Source: an uncultured Gemmatimonadaceae bacterium
GTDB lineage: Bacteria > Gemmatimonadota > Gemmatimonadetes > Gemmatimonadales > Gemmatimonadaceae
Length of the DNA stretch: 64,000 nt
Direction: 5' to 3'
Assembly (NCBI GenBank): GCA_963843845.1
Contig: CAWJMB010000001.1
Location: 96,001-160,000 of the forward strand
Below, piece by piece: positions 10,901-20,458 of this stretch (the stretch's first letter is position 1; every line of letters begins with the position of its first letter). Below the pieces are notes generated by a model. That model saw nothing but the letters and a program-made list of their open reading frames with translations. It searched no databases and was not told where the DNA came from. Made by a program: the position numbers and the translations under genes.

Positions 10901-11029
10901 CAGCTCCATGCCGACCGCGTTCAGCGCCGAGTCGGGGACCGCGAGCGCGTACCGGCCGGGAACGAGGTCGCGGAGCACGAACGTTTTGTCCGCATCAGTC
11001 GTCGCCGTACAGTCGGTGGCGACGAGAGC
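10901..11029 (-). pseudogene. fragment of a carboxypeptidase-regulatory-like (beta-sandwich) domain protein
   Basis: ALVATDCTATTDADKTFVLRDLVPGRYALAVPDSAL resembles the TD..G.F.l..l.PG.Y.l pattern. No credible start codon. Confidence 0.4.
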
Positions 11030-11087
11030 GGAGCGGCCGTCACCATCAGCAGGATCGCTCGCTGGAGCAGCGTCGCCACGAGTCCTC

Positions 11088-12350
11088 TCAGTCGGGGTCG
11101 GTCGTACGCGGAAGCGGCGGCGGGAAATGTCCGATGTCCGCCAGCGCGTTGACCTCGACCCAGCGGCGGAAGAACGGGTCGTCAAAACGGTAGTCGGCGG
11201 TTCCGTTCGTCTCGCCACCCGTGGTGCCGTGGCGCACCAGCACCTCGCGCGCGAGGAGATCGTCGAGCGTACTGCTGACGGTGCTCTTCGCGCCGAGGCT
11301 GTACGCGCGCAGCGTGTCGGCGGCGAGGAGCCGTGCGGCCGGGTCCGCCGCGAGCGCGAGCAGCACGCGGCGGCCGGTCTCGGTGAGGCCGTCCCACTGC
11401 CGTTGATGCAGCGCCGCTTGCTCGCGCACCAGCACATCCATCGCGTCTGCCGCGGCGTCGCGCGCGACCACGCCGCCGGGCTGCGCGAGGTCCCACGTCG
11501 CCCTGGCGAGTTGCACGATGTCGCGCGTGCGCGGCCCGGCGAGTCGCGCGATCGCGGCGGCCGTGATGATGTCGACGGCCACGCCGCTCGTGGTCGCGCG
11601 CTCCGCGATCCACGCCGCCAAGTCGGTCGCCGGGATCGGCCCCATGTCGAGCACGTCGACGACCTTCCAGAGGCCGGCTTTCCGGTTCTCGAGCATCTGC
11701 TCGATCAGCGCGCGCTCCGATCCGGCGAGGACGTAACCGATTCGGCGGTGCCGCTCCAGCGCCGCTTTCATCTGCCACGCGACGTCGTCGCCGTACCAAC
11801 GGCCGAGGCGCTGAAACTCGTCGAGCGCGAGTCCGATCGTGACACCGCGCGCGTCCAGTTCCTCCTCGATCGCGTCGAGGACGCTCGTGACGACGAGGGG
11901 GTCGCGCGCATCGACGGTCGGCGATACCTGGAAGCTGACGCTCGGCTGACCGGTCGCGTCGGTCGCACCGGTGAGCGTGAAGCTGCCAGGACGCAGGCGC
12001 GCGAGCAGGCGCGTCGCGACGTCGCGCCACCGTTCGCCGATCTCTCGATGGACTGCGGCGAGAATGCGCTGTGCTGCCGCGGGGGCGCTCGACGCGCTGG
12101 CGAGATCGACGATCGCGACAGGCAGACCGTCTCCGCGTGCCTCCGTCGCGGCCGCCTGAATCGCCGACGATTTCCCGAGCCGACGGTCGCCGTACACGAG
12201 CAGCCGGGTTCCCGGATCCCGAAATGCGGCGCTGATGCGCGCGACTTCGCGAACGCGATCGCAGAACGCGGCTCCCTCGGCGTGTCGGCCGATGATGAAC
12301 GGATTCTGCGCATTGGCGGGCAAGGGCGTCGTACTGCGGTGAGCCAACAC
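11088..12350 (-). CDS. AAA+/P-loop ATPase (COG1672 archaeal-ATPase-like) with C-terminal winged helix
   Basis: NPFIIG...FCDRVRE, Walker A GDRRLGKSS, Walker B LALDEFQ, LAGS, C-terminal STVSSTLDDLLAREVL...YRFDDPFFRRW. GGAGG RBS before the GTG. Confidence 0.85.
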   Translation of the reverse strand: MLAHRSTTPLPANAQNPFIIGRHAEGAAFCDRVREVARISAAFRDPGTRLLVYGDRRLGKSSAIQAAATEARGDGLPVAIVDLASASSAPAAAQRILAAVHREIGERWRDVATRLLARLRPGSFTLTGATDATGQPSVSFQVSPTVDARDPLVVTSVLDAIEEELDARGVTIGLALDEFQRLGRWYGDDVAWQMKAALERHRRIGYVLAGSERALIEQMLENRKAGLWKVVDVLDMGPIPATDLAAWIAERATTSGVAVDIITAAAIARLAGPRTRDIVQLARATWDLAQPGGVVARDAAADAMDVLVREQAALHQRQWDGLTETGRRVLLALAADPAARLLAADTLRAYSLGAKSTVSSTLDDLLAREVLVRHGTTGGETNGTADYRFDDPFFRRWVEVNALADIGHFPPPLPRTTDPD

Positions 12351-12355
12351 GGCCT

Positions 12356-12406
12356 CCGGTTCGGTTTTTTCGGTCCGGAAAGTTCGGACCGATAAATCTG
12401 AACCGG
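12356..12406. promoter_or_regulatory. 51-bp imperfect palindrome immediately upstream of the ATPase, candidate operator
   Basis: Outer arms CCGGTTC...GAACCGG enclose inner arms TCGGTCCG...CGGACCGA. Confidence 0.55.
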
Positions 12407-12428
12407 TCCGGCCGACTTCGCCAGCCGT

Positions 12429-15146
12429 CTATCCGTCGCGGAGCGCGCTCACCGGATCCACCCGGCTCGCGCGCCACGCCGGCGCGAACGCCGAGCCCAC
12501 CGCGACGACGAGCAGCGTGACGACGACGGCCGCGAGCACCGCCGGGTCGACCGCCTCGACTCCGCTCAGCGCCGCCGCGAGCACCCGCCCCGTCGCCAGC
12601 GCCGCCGGCACGCCGAGCGCCAGGCCGACGGCAGCGAGCGCCAGCCCTTCGAGCACGACGCCGCGCACGACCTGCCCGCGCGCCGCGCCTAACGCGATGC
12701 GCACGCCGATCTCGGCGCGGCGCTGGGCGACGGTGTACGAGAGGACGCCGTAGACGCCGAGCGCGGCGAGGAGGAGTGCGGCGCCGGCGAACAGCGACAG
12801 CAGCAGCGCGTTGAAGCGCGGCTCGGCCGACGACTCGGCGACGAGGTCGGACATCGCGCGGAGCGGCTCGACGGGGAGCTGCGGGTCGACCGACCAGACG
12901 GCGCGGCGAACGGCGGCGTCGAGCGCGGCGAGGCCTCGCTCGCCCTGCGCCGCGTGCGCGACGACGAGCCACATGTCGGCCATCGGGAACTGCGCATGCG
13001 GGAAGTAGAGCGCGGGTCCGGGTGCCGACCCTCGTCCCATGAACGGCTCGTCGTCGACGACGCCGACGATCTCGAACGTCGTCGGCTGGCCGGGCCACCA
13101 CGGCTCGCGGCGATCGACGCGGCGGCCCAACGGATTCGCCGAGCCGAAGTGACGGCGAGCGAACGCGCTGTTGACGACCGTCACGCCGGGTGTGTTGAGC
13201 TGGTCGGTCGCGGCGACGTCGCGCCCGCGGAGCAGACGCACGCCGGCGGCGCGGAAGTAGCCGGGCGAGACCGGGCGCAGCGTCGCCTCCGGCTCCGCGC
13301 CTACGCGCGGGGCCGGCTCCCCGACGATGACGTAGCTCGACGTCCACTGCGGGTCGAGCGGGTGGCCGTAGGCGAGCGACGCGGCGCGCACGGTCGGCAG
13401 CGCGGCGACGCGCGCGCGGATCGCGTCGTAGGCGAGTGTGACGCGCGCGGCGGTGTCGTAGCGTGTCTCGGGGAGGTGCAGTTGCACGACGGCGAGGCCG
13501 GCCGGCTCGAAGCGCAGGTCGGTGTGCGTGAGGCGCCAGAGCCCCTGCGTCAGCAGCCCCGCGCCGCTCACGAGCACGGTCGCGAGCGCGATCTCGGCCG
13601 TCACCAGCACGTGGCGGGCGCGGCGGCGCGTGCGGCCGGCGGTCGCGGCGCGGGCGTCGCGCAACGACTGATAGCCGCCCTGCGACCGCGAGCCGCGGGC
13701 GAACGCGGGGAGCGCGCCGAACAGCAACCCCGTTGCAACTGACACCGCGGCGAGGAAGAGCAACACGCGCCCGTCGATCGTGACCTCCTCGGCGCGGGGG
13801 ATCGTGCGCGGCGCGAGCAGGAGCAGCGCGCGCATCCCCACCCACGCGACGCCCGCGCCGGCGAGTCCACCGCCTAACGTGAGCAGGAAGCTCTCGGCCA
13901 TCCACTGCCGCAGCAGATGGCCGCGGCCGGCGCCGAGCGCGGCGCGCACCGCCATCTCGCGCTCGCGCGACGCGGCGCGCGCGAGCAGCAGCCCGGCGAG
14001 GTTCGTGCAGCCGACGACGAGGACGAGCGCGACGGCGGCGAGCAGCACGAGCAGCGCGGGGCGTACGGGTGCGACCATCTCGTCGCGGAGCGAGGCGACG
14101 TGTGCGCCGCGCTGCGTGTTCGACTCCGGGTACTGTGCTTCGAGCGCTCGCGCGATCGCGCTGATCTCGGCCTGCACGCCGGCGAGCGTGGCGGTCGGCG
14201 CGAGGCGGCCGACGATGGTGAGGCGGTGCGCGCCGCGCGCGCGGTCGATCGGACTCGGCACGAACGGTCGCCAGAGGTCGACGTCGCGCACGATCGGGTT
14301 CGCGGGCATCACGCCGACGACCGTGACGGGCGCCCCGTCGAGGGTGACGGCGCGGCCGACGACACCCGCGTCGCCGCCGTAGCGTCGGCGCCAGAGGCGG
14401 TCGCTCAGCAGTACGACCTCCGCCGCGCCGGGCTTCACGTCGTCCGCGCCGATCGGGCGGCCGAGGGCGGGCGGGGTGCCTAACGTTCGCGCCCAGTTGT
14501 CGGTGACGAACGCGACCTCGAGGCGCGCCGGCTCGGTGCCCGGCGCGACGAGCGTCGTCTGCCAGGTGCGGATCGCCGCGAGCTCGGCGAAGCCGCGCGC
14601 CCGCGCGCGCATGTCCTCGTAATCGGGGTAGGACGACGACGCGCCGACTTTCTCCAACGCCCCTCCCGTCGCGACGCCTTCGACGCGGACGACGCGGTCG
14701 GGCTCGGGGAGGGCGAGCGGGCGCAGCAGCACCCCATCGACGACGCTGAAGATCGCCGTCGTCGCGCCGATGCCCAAGGCGAGCGTGAGCATGGTGACGA
14801 GCGCGAAGCCGGGGCGGCGACTGAGCGAGCGGAGCGCGTAGCGCACGTCGAGCGGAAGCGTCATCGGAGTGTCGTCGTGAAGGCGGAGCCAGAGCGCGTC
14901 GGTCGTGGCGCCGAGGCTGCGGAGGACGAGGCGGGCGGCGGTGCGCGCTGGCGGCTCCGCGCGGCGCTCGGCGTCGCGCGCGCTCCACGCGAGCTCGCCG
15001 TGCCACTCGGCGAGCCAGTCGGCGCGGCGGTCGTGCGGTACGAGCCAGGCGAGCGCGCGCACGACGGCGAACCCCGGGGGGCGATCCGTGTCGGACGCGT
15101 CGTCGCGCGCGTCGGGTGCGTCGCGCGACGTGCGGGGCGGGTTCAT
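12429..15146 (-). CDS. duplicated MacB/FtsX-type ABC permease (ADOP family)
   Basis: LDVRYALRSL..RPGF, TLALGIGATTAIFSVV, REREMAVRAALGAGR and EIGVRIALGA, with two MacB-PCD/FtsX repeats. ATG at 15146 overlaps the padR stop. Confidence 0.92.
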   Translation of the reverse strand: MNPPRTSRDAPDARDDASDTDRPPGFAVVRALAWLVPHDRRADWLAEWHGELAWSARDAERRAEPPARTAARLVLRSLGATTDALWLRLHDDTPMTLPLDVRYALRSLSRRPGFALVTMLTLALGIGATTAIFSVVDGVLLRPLALPEPDRVVRVEGVATGGALEKVGASSSYPDYEDMRARARGFAELAAIRTWQTTLVAPGTEPARLEVAFVTDNWARTLGTPPALGRPIGADDVKPGAAEVVLLSDRLWRRRYGGDAGVVGRAVTLDGAPVTVVGVMPANPIVRDVDLWRPFVPSPIDRARGAHRLTIVGRLAPTATLAGVQAEISAIARALEAQYPESNTQRGAHVASLRDEMVAPVRPALLVLLAAVALVLVVGCTNLAGLLLARAASREREMAVRAALGAGRGHLLRQWMAESFLLTLGGGLAGAGVAWVGMRALLLLAPRTIPRAEEVTIDGRVLLFLAAVSVATGLLFGALPAFARGSRSQGGYQSLRDARAATAGRTRRRARHVLVTAEIALATVLVSGAGLLTQGLWRLTHTDLRFEPAGLAVVQLHLPETRYDTAARVTLAYDAIRARVAALPTVRAASLAYGHPLDPQWTSSYVIVGEPAPRVGAEPEATLRPVSPGYFRAAGVRLLRGRDVAATDQLNTPGVTVVNSAFARRHFGSANPLGRRVDRREPWWPGQPTTFEIVGVVDDEPFMGRGSAPGPALYFPHAQFPMADMWLVVAHAAQGERGLAALDAAVRRAVWSVDPQLPVEPLRAMSDLVAESSAEPRFNALLLSLFAGAALLLAALGVYGVLSYTVAQRRAEIGVRIALGAARGQVVRGVVLEGLALAAVGLALGVPAALATGRVLAAALSGVEAVDPAVLAAVVVTLLVVAVGSAFAPAWRASRVDPVSALRDG

Positions 15147-15439
15147 GCGAGACGCGGCGCCGGCGCGGCCGCGAGGTCGGGGTGGCGCGCCAGGGCGTCG
15201 TGCAGCGCGTCGGCGCCGGCGCCGGTGAGCTCGTAGTAGCGTCGCGGCGGGCGCCCCTCGGTCCGCGCGATCTGCACGGACTCCCACCGCGAGCGCACGA
15301 GCCCTCCGCGCTCGAGGCGGCGCAGAATCGGATAGACGGTGCCGCTCGGCAGGCCGGTCGCGTCGAGGGCGTCGAAGCCGTGGCGCACGCCGTGGGCGAG
15401 CGCGAGCAGCACGAGGGCAGTCGGTCGCGTGAGCCGCAC
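15143..15439 (-). CDS. PadR family transcriptional regulator
   Basis: HGFD...GLPSGTVYPILRRLE.GLV.S.WE...GRPPRRYYELT; canonical PadR-ADOP pairing. Confidence 0.9.
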   Translation of the reverse strand: MRLTRPTALVLLALAHGVRHGFDALDATGLPSGTVYPILRRLERGGLVRSRWESVQIARTEGRPPRRYYELTGAGADALHDALARHPDLAAAPAPRLA

Positions 15440-15467
15440 GGCGCGAGGGCGAGAGGAACCGAACTAC

Positions 15468-15501
15468 CTCTACCTATGTAGAGTTTCGCGCCTCCCGTCA
15501 A
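15468..15501 (-). promoter_or_regulatory. padR promoter/operator
   Basis: TTGACG (-35-like, 15501-15496 on the minus strand) is followed by the palindrome CTCTAC-N4-GTAGAG (15468-15483), which lies over the expected -10. Confidence 0.55.
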
Positions 15502-15545
15502 GGCTCGACGCTCGTGCCACGGTCACGTCGCGCCGTGCGCGGCGC

Positions 15546-15926
15546 TCAGCGCGAGCCCGCGGGGAGCACCGAGAGCGTGCTGAGCGACGCCGGCAGCGTC
15601 ACCTCGACGCGGTCCCCCTCGCGGATCGAGAAGTTGCCGCTGCTGACCGCGCGGCCGCTCGCGAAGATGCGCGCGATGATGTTGACCGTGCCGAGCCCGC
15701 CGATGACCGTCGACGGCAGTCGGAGCGACTCGGTCCGGCCAGCCTGGACGACGCCGATGCGCGTCGGCGTCGTGCTCGGCCGCTGCGCGTAGATCTCGGC
15801 CTGCTCGATCGACTCGTTGCGGAAGACGATGGTCGCCGCGGGGCCCGACCCGCGCCGCGTGGCACCGCAGGCGGCGGACGACGCGAGCAGCACGCCGACG
15901 GCGAGGGTGCGAAGGGAGCTATGCAT
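15546..15926 (-). CDS. hypothetical lipoprotein
   Basis: MHSSLRTLAVGVLLASSAAC lipobox-like signal followed by a beta-rich 100-aa domain. Confidence 0.7.
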   Translation of the reverse strand: MHSSLRTLAVGVLLASSAACGATRRGSGPAATIVFRNESIEQAEIYAQRPSTTPTRIGVVQAGRTESLRLPSTVIGGLGTVNIIARIFASGRAVSSGNFSIREGDRVEVTLPASLSTLSVLPAGSR

Positions 15927-15946
15927 GGATGTCCAGTACGCAGTAG

Positions 15947-16267
15947 TCACGCCGCCGGCGCGTCGCGCCGCGGCTCGTAGGTCAACGCGAAGTCCACTTC
16001 GTCGACGTAGCACCACCCCCACTGCTCTCCGGGCTCGAGCGAGCCGACGAGCGGGTGCCCCGTGGCGTGAAAGTGTTTCGTCGCGTGCGTGTTCGGCGAC
16101 GAGTCGCAGCAGCCGACGTGTCCGCACTCCAGGCAGGCGCGCAGGTGGACCCAGCGCGCGCCGGTCGCGAGACACGACTCGCAGCCACGTACGTGCGGCG
16201 CCGGCGGGGCAGCGAGACGAGCGGCGTGGTCGCATGGCGCGTCGACGACGGGATGGGGGTGTGACAC
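15947..16267 (-). CDS. UBP-type zinc finger protein
   Basis: CDH...GCESCL..G.RWVHLRACLECGHVGCCDSSPNTHATKHFHATGHP...EPGE.W.WCY.D. Confidence 0.92.
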   Translation of the reverse strand: MSHPHPVVDAPCDHAARLAAPPAPHVRGCESCLATGARWVHLRACLECGHVGCCDSSPNTHATKHFHATGHPLVGSLEPGEQWGWCYVDEVDFALTYEPRRDAPAA

Positions 16268-16296
16268 GACTCGGCTCCGCGGTGTGAAGGAGATCG

Positions 16297-18007
16297 TCAG
16301 GCCTCGGCGAGATAGCGGTGCGTGAACTGTACGGCGATCGCCCCCTCGCCGGCTGCCGACGCGACGCGCTTCACGCTCTGGTGGCGCACGTCGCCCGCGC
16401 AGAGCAGGCCGGGGACGTTGGTCTCGAGCAGGAACGGCTCGCGGTCGAGCGGCCAGCCGGGGACGTGCCAGCGCGGCCGTTCGCCCGGCCCCGTCGCGGC
16501 ACCCGTCGCCGCCTCGCGGCGCAGGTCCGCGCCGGTGAGCACGAAGCCGTGATCGTCGCGCTGCACCACCCCGTCGAGCCAGTCCGTGCGCGGCGCGGCG
16601 CCGATGAACACGAACAGCGACGATGCGGGGACCTCGGAGCGCGCGCCGTCCGCGCACAGCAGCGTGAGACGTTCGAGGTGCGCGTCGCCGTGCGCCTCGA
16701 CGATCCGCGTGCGCGGCTGGACGGTGATGATCGGCGTCGCGGCGATCTGTTCGATCAGGTATTGCGACATCGTCTCGGCGAGTCCGGCGCCGCGCACGAG
16801 GATGTGCACGGCGCTCGCGTAGCGCGCGAAGTACATCGCCGCCTGCCCCGCGGAGTTGCCGCCGCCGACGACGTAGACGGCCTCGTCGCGGCAGCTCATC
16901 GCCTCGGTCGTCGACGCGCCGTAGTACACGCCGCGCCCCGTGAGCCGCTCGGCGCCGGGCACATCCAACGTGCGGTACGACACGCCCGTGGCGACGAGCA
17001 CTGCCTTCGCCGAGACCTCGCTGCCGTCGCCGAGCGTGAGGATCTTGTAGCCGTGCGCGCCCGGTGCCCCCTCGACGCGGAGCGCGCGCGCCGTCTGCGG
17101 CGTGAGCAGCTCGGCCCCGAACTTCCGCGCCTGCGCGACGGCGCGTCGCGCGAGGTCGGCGCCGGTGAGGCCGGCAGGGAAGCCCAGGTAGTTCTCGATG
17201 TTGCTGCTCGTGCCGGCCTGCCCGCCCGGCGCCTCGCGCTCGACGAGCAGCGTCTTGAGCCCCTCGCTGGCGCCGTAGACGGCGGCCGCGAGCCCCGCCG
17301 GTCCCGCGCCGGCGACGACGAGGTCGTAGAAGGGCCGCTCGGCGCGCGTGCGGAGCCCGATGCTCGCCGCGAGCGTGCCGAGGTCCGGACGCGACAGCAC
17401 CGCGCCCGAGGGAACGACTACGGCGGGGAGCGCCGGGTCGCCGGCCTGCCGCACCACCTGCCGCGCCTCGTCGCTCTGCTCCGGGTCGAGCCACCGGAAC
17501 GGCACGAGGTTGCGGCCGAGAAAGTCGCGCACCGCATGCGCGTCCGCGTCCCAGCGCGCGCCGAGCACCGTGACCCCTTCGTACTTCGGACGCCACGCGT
17601 CGCGCCAGTCGGCGAGCAGCTCGTCGAGGTACGGGTACAGGTGCTGCTCGGGCGGGTCCCACGGCTTCATCAGGTAGTAGTGAATGTGCACCTGATTGAT
17701 CGCGCGGATCGCGGCGTCGGTGTCGGCGTACGCGGTGAGCAGAACGCGCCTCGCCGACGGCGCGACCTCGGTCGCGCGCTCGAGGAACTCGACGCCGGTC
17801 ATCGCCGGCATGCGCTGGTCCGCGAGCAGCAAGCGCGATCGGGTCGCCGCGCTCGGCCACGCGCCGGAGCACGTCGAGCGCGGCGGCGCCGGACTCGGCG
17901 CGCATCACGCGGTAGTCGGCGCCGTAGCGCACGCGCAGATCGCGCTCGATCGCGCGCGAGACGTCTGCGTCGTCGTCGACGCTGAGGAGTACGGGCTTCG
18001 CTGCCAT
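16297..18007 (-). CDS. receiver-domain-fused thioredoxin-reductase-like FAD oxidoreductase (one frameshift near 17835)
   Basis: REC domain: LLSVDDD, LLADQRMP, LLTA, YLMKPW. Then GAGPAGLAAAVYGASEG, GGQAGTSSNIENYLGFP, VGGGNSAGQAA and AGDVR. Confidence 0.9.
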
Positions 18008-18019
18008 GACCGGTCCGCG

Positions 18020-19504
18020 TTAGGCGCCCGCGACCGGCAGGCGTACGGTGAAATGCGTGTCGCCCGGCGCCGAGGCGAGCGTGATCGTGCCGCCGTGCTG
18101 GCGCTCGACGATGCGGCGCACGATGTCGAGCCCGAGCCCGGTGCCGTGCCCGACGTCCTTCGTCGTGTAGAACGGCTCCCAGATGCGGGCACGAATCGCG
18201 TCGGGCACGCCGCCGCCGTTGTCGGCGACGTCGATCGCGACGTGGTCGCCGTCGTGCCAGGCGCGGATCGTCACCGTCGCGTTCGGCGCCGCAGTCGCCG
18301 CGTCGATCGCGTTGTCGACGAGGTTCGTCCACACTTGGTTCAGCTCGCCGGTGCGACCCGCAACGCGCGGCAGGTCGTCGGGGACGTCGCGCGCGAGCGT
18401 GACACGGCGATCGCGCAGGCGGTGGGCGAGCAGCGTGAGCGCGCCGTCGAGCCCCGCGCGCACGTCGACCGGCTCGACGACCTGGGCGCGGTCCATGTGC
18501 GTGTAGCTCTTCACCGCGCCGACGAGCGCGCCGATGCGCGCCGTCGCGCTCTCGACGACGCGCAAGCTCGCGTCGAGCGCGAGCTCGGCCTCGAGCCACG
18601 CGAGCGCCGCGCCGAGTGCGTGTGGCGCGAGGTCGGCGAGCCGCTCGCCAAGCCGCTCGCCGAGCGTGTCGGCGGTGAGCCGGGCGTCGGCGAGTCCGGC
18701 GGCGAGCGCCCACGCGTCGCGGTCGGGGGCGGCGTCGCGAATCCAGTCGGCGAGCGCCTCCTCGCGGTCAGCGCGATCGAGCGCGTCGTCGGCGGGCGCG
18801 GGGGCGTCGCGCGCCTCGCGGTCGCGGCGCTCCACGACGCTCCGCCGCAGATCGTCGAGCGCCGCGAACGCGCCGGCGCCCCCATGCGGTTTCGCGTGGG
18901 GCTCGCGCGGCGCGGCGCCGCTCGGCGCGACGAGCGCGCCGAGTTCGGCGGCGTAGGCCGCGGCGTCGGCGGCGCGGCGGCGGGCGTCGGCGGCGGCGCG
19001 GCGCGCGGCGGCGGCCGGATTGTTCAGCTCGTGCGCGAGCCCCGCGGAGAGGCGGCCGAGCGCGCTCAGCGTCTCGACCTGCTGGTCGCGTCGCGTCGTC
19101 TCGCGAACGCGGTCGGTGAGCAGCGCGACCAGCTTCGGCTCGAGCGACGGCACGGCGTGGAGCAGCGCGTCGAACGCCTCTCGCGGAAAGCGCGCGACGC
19201 GCACGTCCGTCACGGCGCGCCCGCTCGCCGTGAAGCGCTCCATGCGCGAGAAGGGGACCACCCCGAATGTGTCGCCCGCGCGGGCGACGAACGTGGGCGC
19301 GGCCGGCGCGTCGGGGCGCCGCGCCTCGAGCGTGCCGTCGAGCGTGAAGTACATCGCGTCGGCCGCGGCGCCGGCCTCGAACAACGTGGCCCCGGCGTCG
19401 ACGGCGATCAGCTCGCAGCGCGCCGCGATCCACGCGAGCGCGTCGTCGTCGAGATCGGCGAGCACCGCGACGTGGCGCAGCTCGTCGGGGCTGGGACGGG
19501 TCAT
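18020..19504 (-). CDS. cNMP-binding-domain sensor histidine kinase (soluble)
   Basis: N-terminal cNMP-like fold (LFEAGAAADAMYF.L.G, GDTFG), H-box LAHELNNP, N-box LNQVWTNLVDNAIDA, DNGGG, EPFYTTK, GTGLGL. Confidence 0.92.
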   Translation of the reverse strand: MTRPSPDELRHVAVLADLDDDALAWIAARCELIAVDAGATLFEAGAAADAMYFTLDGTLEARRPDAPAAPTFVARAGDTFGVVPFSRMERFTASGRAVTDVRVARFPREAFDALLHAVPSLEPKLVALLTDRVRETTRRDQQVETLSALGRLSAGLAHELNNPAAAARRAAADARRRAADAAAYAAELGALVAPSGAAPREPHAKPHGGAGAFAALDDLRRSVVERRDREARDAPAPADDALDRADREEALADWIRDAAPDRDAWALAAGLADARLTADTLGERLGERLADLAPHALGAALAWLEAELALDASLRVVESATARIGALVGAVKSYTHMDRAQVVEPVDVRAGLDGALTLLAHRLRDRRVTLARDVPDDLPRVAGRTGELNQVWTNLVDNAIDAATAAPNATVTIRAWHDGDHVAIDVADNGGGVPDAIRARIWEPFYTTKDVGHGTGLGLDIVRRIVERQHGGTITLASAPGDTHFTVRLPVAGA

Positions 19505-19554
19505 GGGTCAGCGCACCTCGGCAGCCGCGCCGCCGGCAATCGCGCGCACCCCGC

Positions 19555-20337
19555 CTACCGCGTCACCCAGTGTCGCGCCGTCGTCCACGTCGCCGGCGCG
19601 AACAGCGCGTCGTCGAGCGGCACGTCGGCCTTCCACCCCGAGTACTCCTCGCGCTGCACGAGCCGTCCCCCGGCGCGGATGTCGATCGTCGTCGCGAGCC
19701 AGCCGCCGCCGAGCGGCACGTAGCCGCCTAACGCGACGTCCATCCCCGGACGCCCGTCGGCGCCGGCGAGGATCATGCGCACCGCGACGAACCGCTCCTG
19801 GTCGACCCACAGCTGCGGGGAGATCGTGTCGCCCGCCGCGGCGCCGAGGACCCAGACGGGGCGGCCGTTCGCGCGCGTCGAGCGGAGCTTCGCCATGTCG
19901 ATCCGCATCGGCGACATCTCGAGGACCGTGTTCAGCACCGGCTGGACATAGACGCCTTCGATGATCGGCAGGAACTCGTTGCCCCCCTCGCGCGCCGCGG
20001 CGAGCCGTCCGTCGCGCATCACCCACGTCGAGTCGACCGTGTAGAGCGTGCCGTTGCCGAGCGCGGGATCGCCGCGGTCGATGCGCAGCTGCACGCCGCG
20101 CGCGGTGTGCGCCATCGCCTCGTACCATGTCTCGACGCGCGTCGTGCCGTCCGCGGCGTGGATCGTCGTCTTCTGCGTGAACGTCAGCGTGCGGTACCAC
20201 TTGCCGGCGTAGTGGTCGTGCATCAGCCGGAGCAGCTGCCCGCCGTTCTTCGGCTCGGGGTGCGCGGCGAGCGTCGACGCGGCGATGGTCGGCGCGCCGA
20301 CGACGGCGGCGAGGAGGGCGAAGTGTGCGAGGCGCAT
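19555..20337 (-). CDS. secreted hypothetical protein (possibly LolA-like fold)
   Basis: Signal peptide, then MHDHYAGKWYRTLTFTQKT...TWYEA...LRID...QLWVDQERFV; beta-rich. Confidence 0.65.
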   Translation of the reverse strand: MRLAHFALLAAVVGAPTIAASTLAAHPEPKNGGQLLRLMHDHYAGKWYRTLTFTQKTTIHAADGTTRVETWYEAMAHTARGVQLRIDRGDPALGNGTLYTVDSTWVMRDGRLAAAREGGNEFLPIIEGVYVQPVLNTVLEMSPMRIDMAKLRSTRANGRPVWVLGAAAGDTISPQLWVDQERFVAVRMILAGADGRPGMDVALGGYVPLGGGWLATTIDIRAGGRLVQREEYSGWKADVPLDDALFAPATWTTARHWVTR

Positions 20338-20458
20338 GACGATCGCGTGAGGGTGAGCCCTGAGTCTTGCCTCTCGTGGAGCGCCGCACAACTCTTTGCG
20401 CCGGCGCGCTGTCCAACGAGCGAGTTCCGCGCGCTCTCGATCCTCGACGCTCCGCTCC

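Noticed and set aside
17800..17860. Programmed frameshift in the receiver-TrxB gene
   Set aside because: No slippery sequence is evident, it falls inside the receiver domain, and similar indels are common across the window.
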